From Gammaproteobacteria bacterium (GTDB lineage Bacteria; Pseudomonadota; Gammaproteobacteria; Ga0077536): DNA of 64,000 nucleotides. A program made the position numbers and the translations under genes. The stretch is from positions 977 to 64,976 of the forward strand of contig JACPPA010000057.1 in NCBI GenBank assembly GCA_016191285.1. Direction: 5' to 3'. The notes beneath the pieces are model-generated. The model searched no databases and had not been told where the DNA came from. It was given only the letters and a program-made list of their open reading frames with translations. Positions within the stretch are counted from its first letter, which is position 1. Each line of letters starts with the position of its first letter. This document shows, one piece after another, positions 52,161 to 61,803 of this stretch.

Positions 52161-53174
52161 TCAAATTTTCGCCTTGAGCTTATAAACGCGCGTCGCCGTG
52201 CCACGAAACAAGCTGTCTTTTTCGGCTTCCGAATAACCTGCCGCCAATTTCTTAAACGCGTTCCACAGTACGGGATACGAAATCGCGCATTTGTCGACGG
52301 GGAAATTACTCTCGAACATGCAGCGCTCGGGTCCGAATTTTTCGATCGCATGGTGATAGTAACGTTTTTGCTTCGCGACCAGTTCATCGGAGCTCGGGGG
52401 CCGCTTGGCGGTTTCAAAACCGAACCCGTTCCAGGGCATGGCAAGCCCGCCAAGTTTAATGTTCACATTCGGGCAGGTCGCGAGTTCGGCCAGATCACGC
52501 GACCATTGCGTGAAAACCGCTTCCTGTTTGCCCGCATACGGACCAATGCCGACCGGCGTGCCTAGATGATCAAGCACGATCACGGCAGCGGGAAACGCGC
52601 GCGCCAAGGCCGTTAAATGCGGCGTCTGCGTGTGATAGTGATATGCGTCAAACGCCAGCCCCATGTCCGTCAGCACCTTGAATCCGGCACGGAAATCGCG
52701 ATCGCCATACAGGTTCCCATCGGTCAACCCCGGCATGCTCATCAGCGCATCGCTGGCGTCCCACGCCGCGATATCTCGAATTCCGCGAAATAGCGAACTC
52801 GCGGCCAAATGCGCTTCCAGCACCTCGCGCACCCGTGCGCCTAGGCGTAAATCGGCGGTGCCCATGATCGCGCCGATTTGTGCGGCTTGGGGTGTTTTGC
52901 GGGCACGCGCGGCAAAACCGTCAACCCATTCGGTTTCGCCTACTACTTTAAGTTCCTCGGGTCCGCTATCGCGGTAGCCTTCCCAGCATTGCAGATACAC
53001 CGTCTGCTCAACATGATGCGTCGCGGTATCCGCCCACAGCGTGTCGAGATCGTACTTCGGGAATTCCGGATTCACGGCGAAGAAGTGATGGTGCGGATCG
53101 ACAATGCGGCGGGTGGGTTCGAGAATTTCTTCGGTGACTTGAGCCAGCCAGTCTTCACGTACTTGGATTGTCAT
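52161..53174 (-). CDS. Amidohydrolase family protein
   Basis: VDPHHH, LDHLG, KLGGL, MFESNFPVD. Confidence 0.9.
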   Translation of the reverse strand: MTIQVREDWLAQVTEEILEPTRRIVDPHHHFFAVNPEFPKYDLDTLWADTATHHVEQTVYLQCWEGYRDSGPEELKVVGETEWVDGFAARARKTPQAAQIGAIMGTADLRLGARVREVLEAHLAASSLFRGIRDIAAWDASDALMSMPGLTDGNLYGDRDFRAGFKVLTDMGLAFDAYHYHTQTPHLTALARAFPAAVIVLDHLGTPVGIGPYAGKQEAVFTQWSRDLAELATCPNVNIKLGGLAMPWNGFGFETAKRPPSSDELVAKQKRYYHHAIEKFGPERCMFESNFPVDKCAISYPVLWNAFKKLAAGYSEAEKDSLFRGTATRVYKLKAKI

Positions 53175-53232
53175 GGTGCGGTCCTCGAGGTTGATGGGTG
53201 TTAATAGTGAGTCGCGGGATCAATCCGCCGCC

Positions 53233-53829
53233 CTAATCCAATAGGTCAACAAATCCTGGCAGCGCACGCACGCGGTCCAACCACGCACGGACCGCGGTGT
53301 ACGGTTCCAAACTGATGTCGCCGTCGCCACTTTGGGAAATTGCCGGGAAGGCTGCGATGTCGGCGACGGTGGGATGGTCCAATGCAATCCAGGCGCGGTT
53401 GGTTAGTCGGTCGTTGTACAGCTTCAGCGCATGCGCGCTTTGCTCGCGCACGGTATGGAAGTTGACGCAGAGCGACGGCAGCAATTTGGCCAGTCGTGCG
53501 TCATAAGGCCCCAAACGCACTTCGTAAGCCGCCGTGTAGAGCCAGGCGTTGACCACTGCTTCTTGATCCGGGTCGCGTGGCATCCAAGCGTCGTTGCCGT
53601 ATTTGCGCGCGAGCCAGACCAATATGGCCTGCGAATCGCGGAGAATGAGCGATCCCTCCTTCAGCGCCGGCACTTGGCCGAAGGGATTGACCGCCAAAAA
53701 TTCGAGGGTTTTGTGCTCGCCGTTTAGCAGATCAACCGGCTGACGTTGATAGGCGACACCGAGCAGACCCAGCAGCAGTCTGACCTTGTAACAATTAAGC
53801 GAAAGCGGAAAGTTGTAGAGAATAATCAT
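53233..53829 (-). CDS. Glutathione S-transferase
   Basis: SLNCYKVRL, NPFGQVP, RDSQAIL, PTVADIA. Confidence 0.92.
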   Translation of the reverse strand: MIILYNFPLSLNCYKVRLLLGLLGVAYQRQPVDLLNGEHKTLEFLAVNPFGQVPALKEGSLILRDSQAILVWLARKYGNDAWMPRDPDQEAVVNAWLYTAAYEVRLGPYDARLAKLLPSLCVNFHTVREQSAHALKLYNDRLTNRAWIALDHPTVADIAAFPAISQSGDGDISLEPYTAVRAWLDRVRALPGFVDLLD

Positions 53830-53997
53830 CAACGTCTCCCTTGGGCGGTAATGGCTGGACACGAAATGAAGGCCTGATTGCCGCGCGATTGTAGGGCGAT
53901 CACCCGGTCCGTTCCATCGCCGAGTCATGTCCCGGTTGACGCTGAGGCGCTGGCGTCGGATGCTACTTACCCCGACCCTGCGTAGGGAATTCAAGGT

Positions 53998-55389
53998 ATG
54001 CGCTACAGCCATTCCGTTGGCGCCAGCACTTACCGCTTCGCGGATCTCAAAGCGGTGCTGGCTAAGGCGTCACCCGCGCGCTCCGGCGATTTTCTGGCCG
54101 GCGTGGCGGCCGGGAGCGCTGTCGAACGCATGGCGGCGCGTCTCTGCCTCGCCGACCTGCCGTTGTCCGTATTCTTGAACGAGACGTTGATCCCATACGA
54201 AACCGACGCCGTTACCCGACTGATCATCGATCGGCACGACCTTCAAGCCTTCACCGAAATCGCGCATTTCACGGTGGGCGATTTTCGCAATTGGTTGTTG
54301 CTGGAGGCGACTGACGAAGCGGCGCTGGCGCGAATCGCTCTCGCGGTAACCCCCGAGATGGCGGCCGCCGTGTCCAAGCTCATGCGTAATCAAGATCTCA
54401 TTCTGGTCGCGCGTAAGTGTCGCGTGATCACGCGTTTTCGAAACACCCTCGGGCTACCCGGTCGGTTGGCGGTGCGCTTACAGCCGAATCATCCGACCGA
54501 TGATGTCAAAGGCATTGCGGCGGTGATCCTCGATGGCCTTTTGTATGGTAGTGGCGACGCGGTGATCGGGATCAATCCCGCCAGCGATAGCTTGCCGGTC
54601 TTGATGGGGTTGTGGCGCATGGTCGATGACGTCATCCAGCGCTTTAACGTGCCGACCCAGTCCTGCGTGCTCACGCATGTCACTAACCAAATTCAAGCCA
54701 TCGAACGTGGCGCGCCGATCGATCTCGTGTTCCAGTCGATTGCGGGCACCGAAGCCGCCAATGCGAGTTTCGGCGTCACGTTGAAACTACTGGCCGAAGC
54801 GCGCGACGCCGCGCTGTCGCTCGGGCGTGGCACGGTGGGCGATAACGTCATGTACTTCGAAACCGGGCAGGGCAGCGCGTTGTCGGCGAACGCGAATTTT
54901 GGGATCGATCAGCAAACCTGCGAAGCACGCGCCTACGCGGTCGCGCGCGAATTCAAACCGCTGTTGGTGAATACCGTGGTCGGCTTCATTGGTCCCGAAT
55001 ATTTGTACGACGGAAAGCAGATCATTCGCGCCGGGCTTGAGGATCATTTTTGCGGCAAGTTGATGGGCGTGCCGCTGGGTTGCGATGTCTGTTACACCAA
55101 TCACGCCGAAGCCGATCAAGACGACATGGACAATCTATTAACGCTGTTGGGGGCAGCGGGTGTTACTTACATCATGGGCATCCCGGGGGCGGACGATATC
55201 ATGCTCAATTATCAGAGCACGTCGTTTCATGATGCGCTGTATCTGCGGACCGTGCTCGGGCTTAGGCACGCCCCCGAGTTCGAAGCTTGGCTTGAACACA
55301 GGCAAGTGACCGCGGGCGGCAAATTGCGCGCGTTACCGACGCAGCATGGTCTACTGCGTGCACTCAGCGATATGACACAGAACGCATGA
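53998..55389 (+). CDS. eutB: Ethanolamine ammonia-lyase large subunit
   Basis: RLQPNHPTDD, YFETGQGS, NTVVGFIGPEYLY, CDVCYTNH. Confidence 0.97.
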   Translation: MRYSHSVGASTYRFADLKAVLAKASPARSGDFLAGVAAGSAVERMAARLCLADLPLSVFLNETLIPYETDAVTRLIIDRHDLQAFTEIAHFTVGDFRNWLLLEATDEAALARIALAVTPEMAAAVSKLMRNQDLILVARKCRVITRFRNTLGLPGRLAVRLQPNHPTDDVKGIAAVILDGLLYGSGDAVIGINPASDSLPVLMGLWRMVDDVIQRFNVPTQSCVLTHVTNQIQAIERGAPIDLVFQSIAGTEAANASFGVTLKLLAEARDAALSLGRGTVGDNVMYFETGQGSALSANANFGIDQQTCEARAYAVAREFKPLLVNTVVGFIGPEYLYDGKQIIRAGLEDHFCGKLMGVPLGCDVCYTNHAEADQDDMDNLLTLLGAAGVTYIMGIPGADDIMLNYQSTSFHDALYLRTVLGLRHAPEFEAWLEHRQVTAGGKLRALPTQHGLLRALSDMTQNA

Positions 55390-56165
55390 CCCCCAAGCCG
55401 CCGGTGCCGGTCGCAATCGAAGCCAATCCGTGGGCTGAACTCAAGCAATTCACCTCGGCGCGGATCGCGCTCGGCCGGGTGGGGAGCAGCCTGCCAACGG
55501 ACGAGGTATTGCGCTTCGGACTTGCACACGCGGCGGCGCGCGATGCCGTGCATGCTCCGCTCGATTATGCGGCGCTCGGTCGCGAGTTGTCGGCCGCTGG
55601 CTTTGACTCGTACCGGGTGCACAGCCGCGCCGCGGATCGCCCAACTTATTTGCTGCGGCCCGATCTCGGGCGTGATCTGCGCGACGACAGCCGGGCGTTG
55701 CTGAGCTCGAATGCGGATAGGGAACTCGACACCGTGTTCGTGATCGCGGACGGACTTTCCGCATTCGCTATTACGCGACATGCGCTGCCGCTGCTCGTTG
55801 CGGTCCACGCACTGCTGCCTCCCACGTACGTAATGCCGCCTGTAGTGATCGTCAGTCAGGGTCGCGTCGCGATTGGAGACGCCATCGGTGAATCCCTGCG
55901 CGCGCGCAGTGTGGTGGTGTTAATTGGAGAACGGCCGGGACTGAGTTCGCCCGATAGTCTCGGCGTTTATCTCACTTACGCCCCCAAAATCGGACGTACT
56001 GACGCCGAACGCAATTGCGTTTCGAATATTCGACCCGAAGGTCTGGCGTATCCGGACGCGGCGCGTAAATTGAGCTGGCTGCTACAGACAGCGCTGCAGC
56101 TACGATTAAGCGGCATCGGACTCAAGGATCAAAGTGACCTGCTGGAATACCAGCCACACGAATGA
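55386..56165 (+). CDS. eutC: Ethanolamine ammonia-lyase small subunit
   Basis: TSARIALGR, ADGLS, LIGERPGLSSPDSLG, ERNCVSNI. Confidence 0.97.
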   Translation: MTPKPPVPVAIEANPWAELKQFTSARIALGRVGSSLPTDEVLRFGLAHAAARDAVHAPLDYAALGRELSAAGFDSYRVHSRAADRPTYLLRPDLGRDLRDDSRALLSSNADRELDTVFVIADGLSAFAITRHALPLLVAVHALLPPTYVMPPVVIVSQGRVAIGDAIGESLRARSVVVLIGERPGLSSPDSLGVYLTYAPKIGRTDAERNCVSNIRPEGLAYPDAARKLSWLLQTALQLRLSGIGLKDQSDLLEYQPHE

Positions 56166-56259
56166 CTTTTTCCGCTCTCCCCGCGCGGGAGCGGAGCTAA
56201 CCCGGGTGGATGGATGTAGCGCGACAATAAATCGTTTAAAAATCTCTAGGGGAATATCG

Positions 56260-57810
56260 ATGAATTCAACACAGCACGGCGGCGCGGAGTTGCATGATGA
56301 CGATGTAAAAATTTTGCATGGCATGGGTTACGCCCAGGAATTACATCGCGGCATGGGCGCTTTTTCGAACTTTGCGATTTCCTTTTCGATCATTTGCATT
56401 CTGTCGGGGGGGATTAATTCATTGGCCCAAGCCACCTCTGGCGCGGGGGGCGCCGCGATTGGCATCGGGTGGCCAATCGGCTGTTTTTTCTCCTTCGTAT
56501 TCGCATTGGCCATGGCGCAAATCTCATCCGCCTATCCGACCGCAGGCGGTCTGTATCACTGGGGATCAATCCTCGGCAATCGTTTCACCGGGTGGGTGAC
56601 GGCGTGGTTTAACTTACTTGGCTTGGTGACCGTGCTCGGCGCAATTAATGTCGGTACTTATTATTTCTTCTTTGGCGCCTTCGGTCCGGCGCTCGGCATG
56701 GCGGACACGATCCCGGTGCGGATAACCGCCCTGGCGGTGTTGACCGGCATTCAGGCGTTAATCAATCACTATGGCATTGGCTTAACCGCCAAGCTGACGG
56801 ATTTTTCCGGCTATCTCATTTTCGCGACTGCGCTCGGACTCACGGTGGTGTGTCTCGCTTCCGCGCCGAGTTTTGAATTTAGTCGACTGTTCACCTTCGC
56901 CAATTATTCGGGTGAAGCCGGTGGCAATGTGTGGCCCGCGGTGTCCTCGAGCTGGGTGTTTGCGCTGGGTCTACTATTGCCGATTTATACCATCACGGGC
57001 TATGACGCCTCGGCGCACACCTCCGAAGAAACCAAAAACGCCGCGCAATCGGTGCCGCGCGGCATGGTCAGTTCGGTCATTTGGTCCACGGTGTTTGGCT
57101 ACCTCATGCTGTGCGCCTTCGTACTCATGCTGCCGAACATGGACGACGCCGCGAAACAAGGTTGGAATGTGTTCTTCTGGGGCATGGATGCACAGGTGAA
57201 TCCGACGGTGAAAGTTGTAACCTATGTGGCGATTTTTGTGTCGCAGTTTTTGTGCGGCTTAGCCACGGTCACTTCAGTATCGCGAATGATTTTTGCTTTT
57301 TCACGCGACGGTGGACTGCCCATGTCGAAGGCCCTGGCCAAAGTCTCGCCCGCTTATCGCACACCGGTTAACGCGATCTGGACGGGTTCGATCTTGGCCG
57401 TGCTGTTCGTATGGGGCTCGTCGCTGGTGTCGATCGGGGAGACTCCGGTGTATTCCATCGTTGTTTCCTGCACTGTTATTTTCATCTTCTTCTCGTTCGT
57501 CATTCCCATCACACTCGGGTTGTTTACTTACGGCACCGCAAAATGGCCAAAGATGGGACCGTGGAATATGGGGCGCGGACTGTTCTCGTTGTTCGCGCTG
57601 CTGTCCATCATCTCGATGGTGATCATTTTTATCATTGGCGTGCAGCCGCCTAATCAACTGGCATCGAATGTCACGCTGGGATTTTTGATTTTGACTGCGG
57701 TGGTCTGGTTCGGATTGGAAAATCGCCGCTTCAAAGGACCCCCGATTGGGGATGTGATCGCCAAGCGGCAAGCGGAAATTGCCGCGGCGGAAGCAGCGCT
57801 GAGTAAATAA
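56260..57810 (+). CDS. APC-family amino acid/amine permease
   Basis: FSNFAISFSII, YPTAGGLYHW, GYDASAHTSEET; multiple TM segments. Confidence 0.9.
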   Translation: MNSTQHGGAELHDDDVKILHGMGYAQELHRGMGAFSNFAISFSIICILSGGINSLAQATSGAGGAAIGIGWPIGCFFSFVFALAMAQISSAYPTAGGLYHWGSILGNRFTGWVTAWFNLLGLVTVLGAINVGTYYFFFGAFGPALGMADTIPVRITALAVLTGIQALINHYGIGLTAKLTDFSGYLIFATALGLTVVCLASAPSFEFSRLFTFANYSGEAGGNVWPAVSSSWVFALGLLLPIYTITGYDASAHTSEETKNAAQSVPRGMVSSVIWSTVFGYLMLCAFVLMLPNMDDAAKQGWNVFFWGMDAQVNPTVKVVTYVAIFVSQFLCGLATVTSVSRMIFAFSRDGGLPMSKALAKVSPAYRTPVNAIWTGSILAVLFVWGSSLVSIGETPVYSIVVSCTVIFIFFSFVIPITLGLFTYGTAKWPKMGPWNMGRGLFSLFALLSIISMVIIFIIGVQPPNQLASNVTLGFLILTAVVWFGLENRRFKGPPIGDVIAKRQAEIAAAEAALSK

Positions 57811-57987
57811 ATACGCATAGTTATAGTGGGCGGCGTCAGCCGATCGTGGCGCCGCCTCGCTAGACGCCGAAGTGGCGGCATACCGTCGAGCGCTTGAAAT
57901 CGCATTTCCAAAAGTGGAATGACAGCGTGGCGTAAAATCGAAATGGGTGGGTTGATAAACCGAGCCTAGGGATTAGGATACTCAGTA

Positions 57988-58746
57988 ATGAACGATTCCT
58001 TACTCGCATTAACTTCGTCGCCAATCGTCGAAGCGGTGCTTGATATCGACTGCGATATGCCACCCGCGACGAATCTTGCTGCGTTGGAACCGACGGCTAC
58101 GCGCGTGTTCGGCGATCAATATCCCACAGCCAAAACGCAAATCGCGCAAGAGACGCAAATAGAATCACGAGGCCAGGAATTTCCAAGGGTTACCACAACG
58201 CATGGCCTTGCAGCGCTGCAGTTTTTCAGTGACGACGACAAACAACTGGTCCAATTGCGCTTACAAGGCTATTCGTTCAATAGGCTTACGCCGTATTCGA
58301 GTTTAGATGATTATCTGCCTGAGATTGAGCGCACGTGGCGGCTGTTCTTGACGTTGGCTGCACCGATTAAAGTTAGCCGCATACGGCTGCGCTACATCAA
58401 CCGGCTGCTACTACCGTTAACGGAGGGTAAAGTTGGGCTGGACGAATTTTTACGTCTAGGTCCGCGGTTACCCGATGACGCGACGCTAGTGTTTTCCAGC
58501 TTCTTCAATCAGCATGTCCTGAGCGAACCGGTGACCGGCAATGTCGTCAAAGTTATCATGGCGTCCCAGCTCCCTGAGAACCACGCTTTGCCCCTGATTT
58601 TGGATATCGAGGCCGAACGGCCATGCGCGATTGAACCGAATGATTGGACGAAAATAGCACAGCGGATAGATTCATTGCGGGCACTGAAGAACCTTGTTTT
58701 TAGAAAATCCTTAACCGAACCATGCTTAAACCGATATCGACAGTAG
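57988..58746 (+). CDS. TIGR04255-family protein
   Basis: PIVEAVLDI...NRLTPYSS..Y...RIRLRYINR...LILDIE...KNLVF..SLT. Confidence 0.8.
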   Translation: MNDSLLALTSSPIVEAVLDIDCDMPPATNLAALEPTATRVFGDQYPTAKTQIAQETQIESRGQEFPRVTTTHGLAALQFFSDDDKQLVQLRLQGYSFNRLTPYSSLDDYLPEIERTWRLFLTLAAPIKVSRIRLRYINRLLLPLTEGKVGLDEFLRLGPRLPDDATLVFSSFFNQHVLSEPVTGNVVKVIMASQLPENHALPLILDIEAERPCAIEPNDWTKIAQRIDSLRALKNLVFRKSLTEPCLNRYRQ

Positions 58747-59264
58747 GCGCACAGGTTGGCTTAGCGCTGCTCTATTCGCTGGCGCGACCAGGTACGGCAA
58801 TCTCGAACGAGGCTGCTCTGGTGCAAACGGCGGCGAATCGCGCGATGGATTCGGTCGAGCGGTCGCGCGCGTTATTCGGCAACAAGGCAACGGCCATTTC
58901 GCAGGTATGGGCGCTTGCGCAAGAATGCAGCGTGGAAGATTGGGATGGTAATGGTTCGCTGCCGATTAAACCCGTTTCAGTGCATAGAGCAATCGCACTC
59001 ATTCGCGCGCTTCCGGCTGATATGCCCTTGCCTGAGTTCGCGCCAGACCCCGATGGCGCGATTTCACTTGATTGGATTCGATCGCGAAGCCGCCTGTTCT
59101 CTTTGAGCGTCGGCGATAGCGACCGGCTCGCCTATGCCTGGCTCGACGGATCAGATAGCGGGCATGGTGTCGCGCGCTTTGATGGAGAGGCGCTACCGCT
59201 CCGAGTACTGCAAGGTATCGCCTCGATAATGGAATTCAATGACGCTGCCATCGGGATTGTCTGA
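58722..59264 (+). CDS. Hypothetical protein (WDG..A.PI / P..DG.I.L.W family), candidate antitoxin
   Basis: EDWDGNGSLPI...PEFAPDPDGAISLDW; overlaps both neighbours. Confidence 0.65.
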   Translation: MLKPISTVGAQVGLALLYSLARPGTAISNEAALVQTAANRAMDSVERSRALFGNKATAISQVWALAQECSVEDWDGNGSLPIKPVSVHRAIALIRALPADMPLPEFAPDPDGAISLDWIRSRSRLFSLSVGDSDRLAYAWLDGSDSGHGVARFDGEALPLRVLQGIASIMEFNDAAIGIV

Positions 59265-59649
59265 CTCCGTCGCGGACAGCGAGCCGCTAGCTCGCTTTCT
59301 AACCTCGAGCAGCCAATTCAACGTCAGCGGCGTGAAGCCTTCGGTCTTTTTGCCCAACCCGAAAAATAATCAAACGTCGGTTTTCCGCCACGGCGCAGAG
59401 CCGCGTGAAGCACTATGGCGCATTGCGCGTGAATACGCCGTCGGCGATCGACCACTACATGGCGCAGCGGTGTGCTTGGCGGGAGATGTTCGCGCCGTGC
59501 TCCTCGAGGTAAACCCAAAAGAACCGCCGCCCGGTCACGCAAATATCGAAAACTGGTCTGTAAATAAAAACGACCCTGAGCTGACGAAGGCGACTCAGAA
59601 GGAGCTGGCGACGAAGATTGCCCAACGCGCGACTCTGGTGCAATTTTAG
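59239..59649 (+). CDS. Hypothetical protein, candidate ADP-ribosyltransferase/RES-like toxin
   Basis: E.LARF...VF.P...TSVFR...HANI motif order. Confidence 0.55.
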   Translation: MTLPSGLSDSVADSEPLARFLTSSSQFNVSGVKPSVFLPNPKNNQTSVFRHGAEPREALWRIAREYAVGDRPLHGAAVCLAGDVRAVLLEVNPKEPPPGHANIENWSVNKNDPELTKATQKELATKIAQRATLVQF

Positions 59650-59670
59650 CGCCGTGCAGCTCAGTTTCGA

Positions 59671-60450
59671 TCAGCCGATAGTGGCGCCGCCATCGACGAT
59701 GAAATTCTGTCCGGTGGTGAAGCTGCTCGCACGCGAGGCAAGATAGACCGCGATGCCGGCGACTTCCTCCGGCTCGCCGATTCGGCGCAGGGGATCGTGC
59801 TCGGTGCGGCGTGCGAGTGTCTCGGGGTTCTCCCATAGCGCGCGTGCAAAGTCGGTGCGAATGAGGCCGGGCGAAATGGCATTAACGCGAATGTTGTGCG
59901 GTCCGTTCTCGACGGCGAGGTTGCGCACCAGCTGCAGATCGGCGGCTTTGGAGATGCAGTACGCGCCGAGCGTGCGGTGACCGCGCAGACCGCCGATGGA
60001 GGACACGATGATGATGGTACCGTCGCGCCGTTCGATCATCTCCGGCAGCACCAGCTGACACAGCCAGTGATTGGCGAGGATGTTGATGTCGAGAATTTTC
60101 TCGAACGCGGAATCCGGCAGATCGCGCATGGGGCCGTACGCAGGATTGACTGCGGCATTGCAGATCAAAATGTCGATACGCCCGAGCTGTGCTTGAGTTT
60201 CGCGAACCAGGCGCGCTAATTCCTCCCGCTGTCCGATATGCGCGGGAATGGCGATCGCGCGACCGGCCTGACCGGCGAGTTCCGCGTTGATGGTGGCGGC
60301 GACATCGGCACACACGTCGCCCTTGCGACTTGAGATTACAACCGTCGCGCCGTGGCGCGCCATTTCTTCGGCGATGGCGCGGCCGATGCCTTTGCTCGAA
60401 CCGGTGATCAACGCCGTTTTGCCAGTGAGATCGAATAAGGTACTAGCCAT
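59671..60450 (-). CDS. SDR family oxidoreductase
   Basis: TGSSKGIG, CNAAVNP, YCISKA. Confidence 0.92.
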   Translation of the reverse strand: MASTLFDLTGKTALITGSSKGIGRAIAEEMARHGATVVISSRKGDVCADVAATINAELAGQAGRAIAIPAHIGQREELARLVRETQAQLGRIDILICNAAVNPAYGPMRDLPDSAFEKILDINILANHWLCQLVLPEMIERRDGTIIIVSSIGGLRGHRTLGAYCISKAADLQLVRNLAVENGPHNIRVNAISPGLIRTDFARALWENPETLARRTEHDPLRRIGEPEEVAGIAVYLASRASSFTTGQNFIVDGGATIG

Positions 60451-60479
60451 CGCCGGATCAATTCCGCGTTGTGTTTACG

Positions 60480-61349
60480 CTATAAGCTCGCCGCATTGAA
60501 GGTATCGCATTGCTTCATGTCGCCGCTCTCGATACCGCGCTTGAACCAGCGCACGCGCTGTTCAGAGGTGCCGTGCGTAAACGATTCCGGCACGGCGTAG
60601 CCTTGGGCTTGCTTCTGCAAACGATCATCGCCGATGGCGGTGGCGGCGGCGAGCGCCTGCTCGATTTCGCCGGGTTCGAGAATGTGTTTCATCGCGTCCG
60701 CGCGCTGGCCCCAAACCCCGGCATAACAATCGGCTTGGAGTTCCATGCGTACCGACAGCGCATTGGCTTCGGCGCGGCCACCGCGCGCCTGGGCGGCGTG
60801 CACCTTGTCGGCGGTGCCGAGCAGATTTTGGACGTGATGGCCGACTTCATGCGCGATGACATACGCTTCCGCGAATTCGCCTGGAGCGTGGAAGCGTTCT
60901 TGGAGTTCACGATAAAACGCCAAATCGATATAAACCTTTTGATCGCCCGGACAGTAGAACGGGCCCATCGCGGTTTGCCCGGTGCCACACGCAGTCGGTG
61001 TCTCGCCGGTGAACAACACAAGTTTGGGTTCGGCATAGGTGGCGCCACTGGCTTGGAAAATCGCGCGCCACGTGTCCTCGGTATCGGCCAATATTTTTGA
61101 TACGAAGTGCGCCTGGGTATCGTTGGCCGGTGGGGCACGCGCGGGGGCTTCGGCAGAGGTGCCGCCATCAACGCCGGACAGGATGTTGAGCACCGTACTC
61201 GGGCTTACGCCCAGAAAATAACTCGCGGCTAGCGCGATAACGATCGAGCCGATGCCCACATGGCGCGCGCCAATACCGCCACCCCCGCTGTAGCCCTCAC
61301 CCCGGCGATCTTCGACGTTCTGGCTCTCGCGTTGGTCTTCTAAGCGCAT
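60480..61349 (-). CDS. Neutral zinc metallopeptidase (YpfJ-like)
   Basis: SQNVEDRRG, GPFYCP, AHEVGHHVQ, ELQADC, FTHGTS. Confidence 0.92.
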   Translation of the reverse strand: MRLEDQRESQNVEDRRGEGYSGGGGIGARHVGIGSIVIALAASYFLGVSPSTVLNILSGVDGGTSAEAPARAPPANDTQAHFVSKILADTEDTWRAIFQASGATYAEPKLVLFTGETPTACGTGQTAMGPFYCPGDQKVYIDLAFYRELQERFHAPGEFAEAYVIAHEVGHHVQNLLGTADKVHAAQARGGRAEANALSVRMELQADCYAGVWGQRADAMKHILEPGEIEQALAAATAIGDDRLQKQAQGYAVPESFTHGTSEQRVRWFKRGIESGDMKQCDTFNAASL

Positions 61350-61558
61350 CGGCGTGTCCCCGGCTGGTTGTGTTGAGCGGGATCGTACGCGAAAAGGCTT
61401 AGCCGGGGGCTAACCCACTCGAGACCGCAGAGCGCGCGATCTCGCCGGTGCCCGACATCACGTGCAATTGCCCCTGGTCGAGGATGCCGGCCGCCCGCCG
61501 CCTGCTGCTCGGCATGACGCTTCGGAATCCGATGTTTTAGAATTCTTCCGTTGCTATC

Positions 61559-61620
61559 GTGGGAGCGGCTTTAGCGGCGAATCTTCATTGAACTCCATTC
61601 GCGGCTAAAGCCGCTCCCAC
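61559..61620. repeat. REP doublet
   Basis: GTGGGAGCGGCTTTAGCGGCGAA / TTCGCGGCTAAAGCCGCTCCCAC. Confidence 0.85.
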
Positions 61621-61735
61621 AATGTGGCATTCCACAATGCGGCTTCTACAAACCGCCGCCAGCAGTACGCGAATTATGTAGGTTCGATGCGGGACACCAC
61701 ACGGCCAATTGATTCAAAATAACGCCCAGGCGGTG

Positions 61736-61770
61736 TTAAGGAAGCTCTGCCTTTTGCAGAGCTTCCTTAA
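61736..61770. mobile_element. 35-bp minimal hairpin MITE
   Basis: TTAAGGAAGCTCTGC-CTTTT-GCAGAGCTTCCTTAA, matches the right end of the 18202-18361 element. Confidence 0.65.
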
Positions 61771-61803
61771 ATGGTTGGACGTTAAACTCGAAGCGAGGCA
61801 TTT

